20,000 nucleotides of DNA from Vicugna vicugna. Lineage: Eukaryota. The notes beneath the pieces were generated by a model. The model made no database searches, was not told where the DNA came from, and saw only the letters and a program-made list of their open reading frames with translations. Where the stretch lies: positions 860,734-880,733 of the forward strand of contig MU057724.1 in assembly GCA_013265495.1 (NCBI GenBank). Reading direction: 5' to 3'. Both the position numbers and the translations under genes were made by a program. This document shows, one piece after another, positions 1-10,362 of the stretch (position 1 is the stretch's first letter; each line of letters opens with the position of its first letter).

Positions 1-340
1 TGCTGGGTCGTACTGTAACTCTGCTTAATATTTGGGGGAGCTAAAATTCCATTTCCCAGGGTGGCTGATCACTTCACAATCTCATAAGTGCGTTGCAATC
101 ATGCCACAGACGCAGCAAGGCTCGTCACTGCCTGTATATCTCTGTATGTGTTTTAAATGTTTCCCATCCCAGCTGCTGCAAAGCAGTATCTCATTTTTGT
201 GTTGAAATACACTTTCCTCATGACTAAGAGGTTGAGCGTCTGGCCATCTCTCTATATCTTCTTTCAAGAAGGGTTTACTCAAAACCATCATCCATTTTTA
301 TTCGTATTTTATCCTTTTATTGTTGAGTTGTAAGAGTTCT
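1..340 (-). mobile_element. Old LINE-1 (L1M-type) ORF2 3' region fragment, antisense, cut by the window edge
   Basis: Antisense L1 phrases: tgctgggtcgtactgtaactctg, gtatctcatt...tttcctcatgactaagaggttgagc, ttattgttgagttgtaagagttct. No intact frame. Confidence 0.8.
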
Positions 341-2149
341 AAAAAAGTTGGTGTGTTACTATAATTTCCAGGGTTCTTTGCTGTTATGGAGGAGAGGATT
401 ATTGAGGTCTGACTAACCTCTTTCTCCTGCTGTCACTTTGTCTCTTCCTTTTGGATAATCTAAACCCTAGAAGAGATGTCCCAGTGACACCGACCAGGGT
501 CAGTGGTGCAGCCCTGACCGGCAGTGCAGACTCGGAGCCTGTCACAGACATTTTTGATTGAACATGGATGGAGAATGAAGACATGAGTGCCGGCCCTGAG
601 GCCCCCGGGGACCATGGGGACACGAGGAGGGCCACCTCCGGAAATGCATCAATGCTGTTGGCCCAGCTTGGTCAGAAATGTCTGGAGACAAGGCTCCTAG
701 AACTAATGTTTCAGTCAGAGTGTGAGTTGAAGATGAAGCAATAATAATCGAACACAGCAGCCAATGCCTGCCTTTGAAAACCCAGGGTCTCTTTTCCAGT
801 GTGCAGTGGAATGATCGCCACACGCTGGTCTTTTTGGTAAACACCCCAGCCCAAGGTAGTTCAGTCAGTAGCGTTATTTCTCACACAGGAGGGATGACAA
901 CGGGTTATTGGAACAAATTCTCAAAGCAGAAAGAAAATGACTAGCATTAGATCATCTGGTTTCAACCTGGGTTATTTCGGTCATTTGCTGGTATCTTTCA
1001 GAGAGGAACAAATTCCTTCTCTCTGCAACACGTTAAGTCAGCTCTCTGAGAGCTGAGAGCCTTTGGTCCAGGGTTGAGGAAAAATAACCACGGCTCATTT
1101 TTAGAACTCAATCTTAATTCGCTTCAAAAACCAGGAAAAATATTAAACCTTCTCCGGAAACAGATGATAAAGACTAGGCTTGTCTGTTTTCACAATAAAA
1201 GAGGAACTGGTTGTTCACGAACACAGAAGTCGTTCTGAATATGCACACAGTTCCTGAGCTACGAGCGACTCGGGCAGGGCTGCGGCATTTATGGGGGAAA
1301 AAGATGCCATGCAAGTGGGCTTGGCAGTTCAGTCCAGGGCTGGTCAAGGGGCAACTGTGACGCAGTAAACTAGGAAATCTGAGGTCTGGGCTATGCGCTC
1401 TGCACCGACACGGAAGACCTTAAGTGAATCTGGAGCTCCCGAGAAGGGTCCGAAGCCAGACCAGCGACTCTGGAAGTTCCTCTCAGCCTTGCTGGAGTAA
1501 TCCTGTTGCCACTCTGCCGTTCCACCAGCTTTGTTAGTGAACCTTGTATCTTCGCCCTGTTTGATGTAATCTGCGTCTCACAGCTTTGCCAGCACATCAC
1601 TGAGTGAAGTAGTTTTGTTTTCCTTCATGGAGCCACGTTAACTTGTCATAACAAATGATACTTTGTTTATATTATGAACCCATATGGTAATAAAAGCAAT
1701 GCGTTGGATTATTTTTAGAACAATTTTGATCAAAATACTTCTTTTTCACTACGTTTCACAAGGGGCGTGGAGCTCGACGTGCTACACGCGTCCTCGCCTT
1801 CTTGCTAAAACTGCCATGTTATCATTTTACACACAGTCCTTCTCCCTGTCTCATATCCTGGGAAACAATATAATTATGGAAAATACTGTGTTTACTTGTG
1901 CATGACATTTCCCAAATGAGAGATAATTGTCAATTTCTGCCATGTATGGTTCCACTTCGCCTGAAATATTATCACATTTATTGAGTGTTATGTGCACAGA
2001 GTTCAGGGTGTATTAACATCCAGGCCACACACGTTTCTCTCACTTTAATTAATGACACAAACAATATAGCTATTTCAAAACATAAAATGTGAAAATAAAT
2101 TATGATTTCACCATCCTAAATATGATTTTAAAATATTCTTACTAAAATA

Positions 2150-2510
2150 TTTAACGAGTACCGAAAAGGGGCACAAAACATATATGTACAATTTAATGAA
2201 TTATCACCCAAGGAAAACAGCACCCAACCCAAGAAATTGGATGGGACATCACCCACGAAGTTGTTGTCCCAGTCACCGTTGTCCCTCCTGAAAGTACCTG
2301 CTAGTATAACTCATGAACCTCAGTACGAAATAGTTTTGAACCTTATATAAATGGGACCACGTAATGCAAGTAATTGCTCAATAGAGTATTTTTTGAGCTT
2401 TGTACACATTGCATGTGTGGCTGAAGTTCACTCCTTTTCATTGGTGTATAGTATTCAATCATAGGATTTGACCACAATTTATTTAACCTTTGTTCAAGTG
2501 ATTGACAGAC
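2150..2510 (-). mobile_element. Ancient LINE-1 (L1ME-like) 3' end, antisense
   Basis: gcacaaaacatatatgtacaatttaatgaattatca, ttttgaaccttatataaatggga and ttcactccttttcattggtgtatagtattcaat...ccacaatttatttaacc resemble antisense L1ME/L1MC 3'UTR and ORF2 end. Confidence 0.75.
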
Positions 2511-2884
2511 CACTGCCACCCCATGACCATGTTTCTTACCATAGAAAAAGGAGACTTGATAACACTAACTCCCCTCAGGTCCCTGTGGTGACTTGTTTAT
2601 GTGAAGTCATAATGTAACAGATGAGTGATGAGTGCCACACACTCTCCATAGACTCTCTTCTTCGTAAGAAAACGTCCTGGTGTAATTTTGGCAGCTTGTA
2701 ACCTTCCAAGAATAATTCAAATCACATCGTAAATGCAACCGACCTCAAATCTTTAGAGTCTAAAAGAGATACGTGACATCTTTTACGTCTCCACAACGAC
2801 TCCACGGTGGTAAGAATGTGTGTGCCAGTGGATAATAGCAGCTGGGTGACTTGGGGGACGTCTCAGTTTTATTATGTATTTAAC

Positions 2885-3040
2885 ACTCCACAAAATCATT
2901 AGCATTCTTCATAGCATTAAATTTTAAGTATAAGGAAATTAAAGCACAAAGAAATTAAGCGACTTCTCAAAGCTCATCCGAGTCTGAAGGTTGCAGAGCA
3001 AATATTTGAGTCCACTTGTGTCTGGTCCCAGAGACTCGCA
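2885..3040 (-). mobile_element. MIR SINE (degenerate)
   Basis: attttaagtataaggaaattaaagcacaaagaaattaagcgacttctcaaagctca...gcagagcaaatatttgagtccac follows the reverse-complement MIR core (attttacagatgaggaaactgaggcacagagaggttaagtaacttgcccaaggtcac). Confidence 0.7.
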
Positions 3041-3711
3041 GTAACTGATGAAATAATCTGGAATGACAGGTGCAGATTTAAAAGCAGTGTGGAGAGTATC
3101 CTGGCGAAAAGAATGAAAAATCTGATCTTCAAAATAATAAGAGGAAACCTCTCTAATTTTAACAGACGGTTCATGAGTAAGAGTGGAAGATGAGAGGAAC
3201 CCGCCCACCCCTGGGGGCTTAGAGCCCGTCAAAGGTGATTGATTGACTTACCCCTTTGAGAGAGAGAACATAAATAGGACGTTCACTACGCGTTTTTGGG
3301 AAAATCTGAAACCCGTGTTTCTGTCCTGCATGCATCTGAGGTCCTGGAACCTCAGGGTAAGACGAGGAGTTTGCCCGGATACCTGCAGTCAGACTTGCAA
3401 GCCGCCTGCCTGTCTCGGCAGCTGAAGGCTACCGTCCCCGCTAGGCTGCTGGCTGCTCTGCAGCAGCCGCATTTATTTGTTTTTATTTTTGCACGTCCGC
3501 TCTAGAGTGACTTTTACTCCTTCTAAAGACAACCTGTTTGAAAAGAATTGTAGCTCTAGTTAAAGGTGAGGGAAATTGCTCCAGCAGGTTTATTTCCCAT
3601 TACTTTCCCGTCTGCTGCCTCCAGGTAGCCCCTCAACAAAGCCATCTGTCTGAAAGGTGCCACAGCCATCCTTCAGGACCTGAAGAGAGAGCTGTATTTT
3701 ACCAGCACGGG

Positions 3712-3714
<3 letters not shown>

Positions 3715-3746
<32 letters not shown>
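3715..3746 (+). repeat. (TG)16 microsatellite
   Basis: Perfect 32-bp TG dinucleotide run, read directly. Confidence 0.98.
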
Positions 3747-3747
<1 letters not shown>

Positions 3748-5277
3748 AAAGAGGAGCAACTGGAGGCATCGCCCGTGAGTGAGATGATGGGGCGGCTCTG
3801 GTTCGGACAGACGCACGAGTGTCAGCCCTTCCCCGGGTGTCTGTTTTTATGTAAAACGCCTGGTTCTGACCTTGTCAGCGCTTGTCCTTAAACTCATTTA
3901 ACTCTGCGTCGTCTTCTGTCCACGGAGTCACGCCGTACGTGACAGACGTGTGACCTACGGGGCTGGCAGTGAGCCCTGAGCCCTGCGGGGAGCCCAGCAT
4001 CCAGGAGGGAGAAAGCATCGGACAACCCGGAGCCGCAGGGCTGGGGCCTGCGCACACGTCCTGCTGAAATGCCACGCGCTCCGCCCCAGGCCGATGGGTG
4101 ACAATGGCCTTAGCAACTAGTACTGCTTTAGTCGCCCGTGCGTTGCGAGGTCTAGTAGGTGAATTATCCTAGCCTTTTAGCATTTAACCTCTAACAGGTT
4201 TCAGGGTTTTATATGGAAGGAATTTGCTCTTCCTTCCAAACACAGCTCATCAGGTAGATCCATCCGTCATCGAGAGAGAGGTTCGCGTCGCCCCGTGGTT
4301 ACAGAGCCCAGCTTCAGGGTCTCAGCCGTAAGCAGTAAATGCAGCCTTTTTACAGGGGTCTTTCTCCATCTTTATAGCCCCCTTTTCACTAAATGGAAGC
4401 TTTCTGAAATCCAATCAAACAGACAAATCTTTCTTCTTATAAATCACTATTTCTGTCAGGGTCTCCGTGGATTCCAAGCTGATCAATTCACTAAAATGCT
4501 AAATATTTTATAAGCTAATCAAGCAATGTTTTTCAGCACCTACTATTTACAAGATACCGTGGCTGGCACTGGCAGGGACGTGGCGTTTAAGATGCGATGT
4601 CCACCTCCAAGCAGCCTGGCAGTCCCGCGAGGAAAGTAGAAGACGTGCATGTGAGGAGGAGTGCCTGCCCCGTCCGCTCAGCACCGCTGATAAATTACCG
4701 GTGTGTGAAGTCCAAGCACCCTCCCCCTGAGCGTCCGCGTCTCTGCCGCGTGCGGCCAGCCACCCCGTCCCCTCTCGTCGTGAGCGTTTAAAGTCGTCAT
4801 TTCTACTTCCATTCTTTTCACGTCTAATGTGTCCAACACTCACATGCTGAGTAGTTTTCCAATGAGAGCAATTGTATCGCAGACTTTTGGAGCTGAAAGT
4901 TGTCAGAACAGTCGCATTTCAAAACTGCTTCTGGAATCTTTGTGCGCACGGCAGCACGTAAAGCAGAATTCCCCTGGTGGAGGCAATTATTTTTGTTCGC
5001 TGAATTCGGCAGCTGAGGTGCTCTCCTCCTCCCTGTTGCTTCCCATTGTTCTCATGATTTTTCTGAAGCCCTGACACTGAGGCCCATCGTTACCTGTGCT
5101 CCGTTTACCTGTCGGTGTCTGATAGACTCCCCCAGACCGTCTGTCATCTCAGCCAAACAGCCATCTTCATTATCCCTGCAAGACGCCATTCTCCTCTCAT
5201 GGCCCTTGACCTTCTCCACACTGTGTTAAAGCTACTGAAATCTCATCTGCTCGTCAGCAGAAAACAAAGGGAGGCTT

Positions 5278-5355
5278 GCGGTATATAGAAACACACTGGA
5301 ATATTCTCCAGCCATGAGAAAGAAGGAAATCCTGCCATTTGCAACAACATGGATG
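5278..5355 (+). mobile_element. LINE-1 ORF2 C-terminal fragment, left part (interrupted by a solo LTR)
   Basis: Encodes MRKKEILPFATTWM, typical of the L1 ORF2 C-terminus. It resumes at 5987 as DLEDIMLSEVNQTEED. Confidence 0.9.
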
Positions 5356-5982
5356 TGTCACAGCTGGCAGGCGGCTAGATACGAGCAGAGAAAGGGGCAC
5401 GCGGGCCAAATGGCAAGAATTGGGCAAAAGGGAGAGGGACGTGGGGCCAAATGCAGGAAACCCTGCATCGTACAGACAACAGGTGTCCCTGGGCAGAGAG
5501 AGAAAAGCAGGGACCTCTGGGCTGATACCTGGTCACACACTTTGGGGTGACACGTGTCCTGGAGGCCGACAAAGAAGGTGGGGAAATGCAGGAAGCTCCA
5601 GTGTCGGAATGTAGCCTTTTGCTCGTTATGCCCTCATTTCAGTGAAATTAGCCTTGCAGATTAGGAGTACCCATTAGAAGACACCATGACTAAATAAGGA
5701 CAAAAGCCCCTCCTCCCCTCGGGAAGGTGGGGCTGGGATGGAGATCAGGGACCACGACCCCAAGCCCTTCCCTCCGCAGTGGATATTCCGCCCACTCATT
5801 TTCACACCCTATGTAATCAACTTGCCAAAGAAACTCGGGGCGGCCACTGCCCTGAGCCTGCCCTCTCTCCCCTTGAGCGTGTGCCATCCATCCCTTAATA
5901 AGTCCCCACTTTACTTTCTTAACCTCCACGTCTGGTCTCTGAATCCTTTCTGGATGGGACAAGAACCTAGCCACCGGCGCCA
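5356..5982 (+). mobile_element. Solo LTR (627 bp), probably ERV class I
   Basis: TG...CA termini (tgtcacagctggc ... gccaccggcgcca; 9/13 inverted match). 4-bp TSD GATG (5352-5355) / GACG (5983-5986). TATA-like ctatgtaa near 5809, poly(A)-like ttaataag near 5895. It precisely splits an L1 ORF2 sequence. Confidence 0.85.
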
Positions 5983-6100
5983 GACGGACCTTGAGGACAT
6001 TATGCTAAGTGAGGTGAATCAGACAGAGGAAGACGCGTATGGTGTGGTCTCACTTCTCTGTGGAACTGGAAAGAGTCAAACTGATAGAAACAGAGAGCAC
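5983..6100 (+). mobile_element. LINE-1 ORF2 end / 3'UTR start, right part
   Basis: gaccttgaggacattatgctaagtgaggtgaatcagacagaggaagac...gtcaaactgatagaaacagagag is collinear with 5278-5355. Confidence 0.88.
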
Positions 6101-6104
6101 CAAG

Positions 6105-6700
6105 GCATTTGTCCAAGTCAGAGCGTCTCGGCCGTCGGCTCCTTGGGTTGCCCCGCACCCTCTCCCTGCCCTCTCCTCCGGCGCTGCGTGCGTCCCCGCT
6201 CGATGGTGTCCCGTACGGCTCCTAAGCCGCCTCCGCTCCTCTCCGTTTGCTCTTCTCCCTCTCCTCTGACGGGCTGAGTCCCTCTGCCTTGTCTTCAGTT
6301 CACGGACCCTTTCTTCTGCCAGACCTGGTATGATGTGAACCACGCAGCTGCACACTTGATGCACCTGTACATTCCTGCTCTGCAGTTTCTCTTTGGTGCT
6401 TTTTACTAGTTTACGTCTCTTCACTGAAATCCGCTGTCAGTGCATTGCTCTCTTGACGTCAGTGAGCAACTTTACGACCGTTATTGTGAACTTCCCATCA
6501 GGTGAATCGGTTTCCTCTGATTCATTAAGAGCTGTTCCTGGAGTTTCATCTTGTTCTCTTGTTTGGAACATGTTCCTCTGTTTCTTCATTTTCCTTGGCT
6601 CCTTGGTTGGCTTCTGTGCATCACGTAAAACAGCCACCTCTTCAGTCCTGACCGACTGGTCTTGTGTTATCACTCAGCCTGGCCCAGGCTCTTGGCTGCC
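6105..6700 (-). mobile_element. LINE-1 (L1M/L1MA-type) ORF1 N-terminal remnant, antisense
   Basis: ORF 6437-6673 encodes MKKQRNMFQTREQDETPGTALNESEETDSPDGKFTITVVKLLTDVKRAMH, an L1 ORF1p N-terminus. AEERVREL (coiled coil) follows in a shifted frame. Disrupted by stops and frameshifts. Confidence 0.85.
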
Positions 6701-7859
6701 TCTCAAATCTTTTTAATTGCCCAAACCATCATTTTGGTTCTTAGGGGCTCCCAGTAGTTGCATAAAATGCAAAGCTCTTGTACAGCTTTCGGTTGAACGA
6801 TGGCATAATAGTGATCAACATAAAAAATATAAATCTGTGAGCATTGTAACAGCCCCCTTGGGCAAGAAAGAGGTAAGCATACTAAATTTCCCAATAAAAA
6901 GGGAAAATTAGACTGTCTTCATGACGTGTTCTTGGCCACATTTCTAGAAAGACTTTCAATTCTAAACTAATTGTCTGTCTGCTAACTTGATGGTGGGTCT
7001 GGGGGTCGTGCAGCCTTTGGAAGTTGCAGTTTATAGCCTCCTGTAAACTCAGACTGGTTACAGAAGCGCATCCTGCTCACCAAGCCCTCGCTCGGCTGCC
7101 TCCGGGCTGCCCTGCAAGCCCGTGGCCTTAGCTGCTGCTCACAGTGGATGCCTGCAACGCCTTCCACCTCTTCCCTGGGCAGTTCTGGGTCTGTTTACTC
7201 AAACGTCTGCACCGTATCTTCTTTTTGCATAGTGCTTCCATCAGGCTCTGTTTTCTTGCAAATTGCAGAGACTCAACTCGGAATGCCTTCACCGCATGGC
7301 CTGAACCCCAGGAGGCAGGGACAGCGGCAGGGCTGGTTTGATCAGCAGCTCGGCACTGACCTTCCCATCTCACTCAGCTGTTCCTCTCAAGACTGGCCTC
7401 GTCCTCCTGCCACGAGATGCATGCTAACAATTACCCTGGTTTCCAGCTGTGTCTCTGGGGAGAGGAAACTTAGTTTACACCCTCGCGCTGCGGTGGGAAA
7501 GTGCTCAGGTAGAGAGCTTGACTGGACTTGACTTCACCTCACCTCGCTCAGCGACCCTGGACGGCCCCCAGTCTGCCCGCAGCCGTCCTCCTGGACAAAC
7601 GAGAGCTTCCTGTCCCCAGGGGGAGGTGCCTGCAGGGACACTCACCTGCGAACGCGGGTTACTTCAGGCGGTTGGGGTGAGAAGCACCGAGACTGCTCTT
7701 TGGTCTTTGGAGTAAGTCGTGGGGGCAGAGGAAAGGATTTGACTGAGCAACGAGAGACGCTTTTGTGACACCCCATGCAGAAAGGTGCAGCGTTGCTTTT
7801 GGAAGCTTTTCAGACAAGGAAGTGCATTTCATTCCTCATAAACTCTCACTCAGAGTTTT

Positions 7860-8460
7860 CTCCAGGCTCCCTGGCGGAAATGGGTCGTAGCGCCATGCTG
7901 AAAGAAGAAGTCGTAGCAAGAAATGGGACTTGCTGATGCAAACAGTTCCGGTGGCCTCTTACGGCCAGACGGGAACAGCCTCTTGCAGCAACAGGAGCTG
8001 CGTCCAGAGGAGTGGGCCCGGCCGAGAGCTGGTGCGCACAAAGCCAAGGGGACCGGGCTCCCACCCAGTCCGGCCCTAGGCGGCTCTACGTCTATAAGTT
8101 GAAACAAACGCGCTGTTTCCTCCTGCAGTTAGCTTTTTTTCATCTCAGTTAAGGGCAACACAATCCAGGCAGCTGCCAACTGCAAAAAATAACGTGAATA
8201 AGACCTGCTTCCGTTCGCCTCTGCGCCCCGGCTCCACCGCTCCCTCCCGCTCAGGCACGCCCTTCCAGGCATCTTCCCGGCTGCTGAGGCCTCCCCGAGG
8301 TGCCCCCGCCCCGGCTGATCTGAAGTAGGGCCTCTCCCCGGCACAGCCCAGGCGCGGCCGGCAGCATGGGGAGTTGGAGTGGCAGGGTGTACAGACGGGC
8401 ACGCTCGAGACATAAATTAGAAATGTGCCCGCCAGTCCATCGCCACCACCCACGATAAAT
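7860..8460. promoter_or_regulatory. CpG-island-like, non-repeat candidate promoter/enhancer
   Basis: 8221-8400 is about 73% GC by hand count and CpG-rich. GC box GGGGCGGGGGC (minus, 8302-8312), ETS-like CGGAAGC (minus, 8207-8213), palindromic E-box GGCAGCTGCC (8168-8177). Confidence 0.45.
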
Positions 8461-8628
8461 AAAAAAGGCCTTGTCTTCTGTCTTCACGGCCGACTTCCCA
8501 CTCAGATGGAAATTTGTCGGTAAATATTCTACCTGATGGGACCTATTTTTCAAGCAATCAAACAAATATACCATCTCTGCAAATCATTATTTGATTTATT
8601 TGCCAACTTCACATATGATGAAAGAAGC

Positions 8629-8642
8629 TTTTTTTTTTTTTT
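8629..8642 (+). repeat. T14 homopolymer
   Basis: Read directly. Confidence 0.95.
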
Positions 8643-8869
8643 GCTTCAAAACAGTTTAGCTGGCGCCTAACTGTAAAGCTGTTCAGAAATGTCTCTCAGA
8701 TTGTACCCTTAAACCAAAAAAATGACTACGGCCCTGAGCAATAATTATACAAAATGAAAACAATCATCAAGGTAAGGAGCAAGAGGCTGTCAGTAGTGCC
8801 TGAATCAGGTAAATACGCTTCTGTCTGTTTCACAGCAGGTGAAACCCTGAACTGCCCCAGCTCTATCAA

Positions 8870-9118
8870 GACGGAGTGGATAATCTCATGGTTACAGGGG
8901 GGACGGGGTGGGGAGGGGTGAATTTGGGAGTCTGAGACTTGCAAATATTAACTACTTTATGTAAAAATAGATTAAAAAACAAATTTATTCTGTATAGCAC
9001 AGGGAACTGTATTTAAGGAAAAAGAACACGTGTGTGTGTGTGTATATGTATGACTGGGACACTGTGCTGTCCGCCAGAAGCTGACACATTGTACCCAACT
9101 ATACTTCAACTAAAAAAG
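8870..9118 (+). mobile_element. Cetartiodactyl-type LINE-1 3'UTR with A tail, 5'-truncated
   Basis: ctcatggttacagggggg...gaatttgggag...tgtatagcacagggaact...atgactgggacactgtgctgt...aactatacttcaactaaaaaa, including the G-rich 3'UTR tract at 8897-8918. Confidence 0.85.
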
Positions 9119-9179
9119 ATACAACCAGCGTACAGAGACTGCACGTATTTAAACTGCGTAGCTTTATGATATTATAATT

Positions 9180-9592
9180 AAAACTTCCATTCTGAGGTGA
9201 CTAGGCTCCCGGCCGTTGTGAGATATAATGCCGAGGTCCTGTGTGCCCTCCATTTAGTTTCCTCCAGCAACGACACCTTACACAGCTGCTCGGCTACGTG
9301 CAGTCATTGTCAGTAGACCGACTTTAATACAGCCCCGGGGTCTCTGGCTTTTGCATTTCACTTCTGCGTGTGTGTGTGCACGTGTGTGTTCAGTGCTGTG
9401 CAGCGTTAGCATGTGTGGAGTCTTCCACGTCCATGACCATGGTCAAGATACAGAGCATTTTGGTTGTCTCCAGGTGTGTGTCACTCTCCTCCTTTAGGAC
9501 CACCTCTCCCTGACTGTCCCAAGGGCCACCATTCACTTGTTCTCTGCCCCTGCAGTTTGCCATTTCAAGAATTTACAATAAATGGAATCATA
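9180..9592 (-). mobile_element. Old LINE-1 (L1MC1/2-like) 3'UTR, antisense; resumes at about 9905-9945 after a nested insertion
   Basis: gttgtgagatataatgccgaggtcctgtgtgccc...tagtttcctcca, ggtcaagatacagagca, gccatttcaagaat...aaatggaatcata; continues cattaagtgaccttttaaaatcggctttttccactcag. Confidence 0.75.
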
Positions 9593-9891
9593 TGAAAACA
9601 AATATATGTATGTTCATGTATGACTGAAACATGCTGTACACCAGCAATGGACACACCACTTGAAACTGACTGCACTTCAGTAAACATACACATGCAAAGA
9701 ATAGACAACAAGGACCACTGTATACCGCAGGGAACTGCATTCAATTGCCTGTAGCAACATTTAATGGAAACAATCTGAAAAGAAAAAATATAAATGTATG
9801 CGTCTATATAACTGAATCACTTTGCTGTACACCTGAAATTAAGATTACAAATCAACTATACTTCAACAAATTTCTTTAAATTATAAAAAAA
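9593..9891 (+). mobile_element. Two tandem 5'-truncated cetartiodactyl L1 3' ends with A tail
   Basis: Units at about 9593-9697 and 9698-9891, each with ...actgaa...gctgtacacc...cttca. Bounded by a 13-bp TSD aaatggaatcata (9580-9592) / aaacggaatcata (9892-9904). Confidence 0.85.
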
Positions 9892-10021
9892 AAACGGAAT
9901 CATACATTAAGTGACCTTTTAAAATCGGCTTTTCCACTCAGTGGGTTTTCTCTGGGTAAGTACCTGCAGCTGAATGAAGGGACGACATGGCAGGGATAGT
10001 GTCTGTGGAAAACTTTAACCA

Positions 10022-10212
10022 TTTATTGTTTGTTGTTGGTCTTTTAACTGAAGTACAGTCAGCTTAAGATGCTGTGTTAGTGCCTGGTGGATAGCAGCGT
10101 GGCTCAGTCGTACACACACGTATATATTCCTTTTCCCATTCTTTTCCATTGCAGCTACTACAAGGTGTTGGGTATAGTTCCCCGTGCTGTGCAGTATAAC
10201 CTTGTTCATCTA
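10022..10212 (-). mobile_element. Cetartiodactyl-type L1 3' end, antisense
   Basis: ttttaactgaagtacagtcagctt...gtatatattccttttcccattcttttccatt...tatagttccccgtgctgtgcagtataaccttgtt is homologous to 19385-19605. Confidence 0.85.
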
Positions 10213-10362
10213 CTTTTAATGCCTTTGTTGTGGTGTGATTCCTGTGCAGTAAGCTACACATTTTCCGGTGTACAATGTGATGTGATGAATTTTGATAGAT
10301 GTATATGCCTACGAAGCACTGCCACAGTCAAGACAGCTCACATTTCCATCTCTCCCCAGGAG
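10213..10362 (-). mobile_element. Older L1 (L1MB/L1MC-like) extreme 3' end, antisense
   Basis: gtgtacaat...gatgaattttgatagatgtatat...actgccacagtcaagaca...catttccatc...cccagga. Confidence 0.7.

Noticed and set aside
1250..1620. Possible very old LTR fragment
   Set aside because: The resemblance is vague, with no termini, TSD or nameable family.
2525..2610. Possible MIR core fragment
   Set aside because: The similarity is too short and degenerate to support by eye.
5738..6277. Longest ORF (179 aa) as a gene
   Set aside because: It is a chance read-through of LTR, L1 ORF2 tail and GC-shifted antisense L1, with no coherent protein.
8897..8918. G4 motif as a novel element
   Set aside because: It is the known G-rich tract of L1 3'UTRs.
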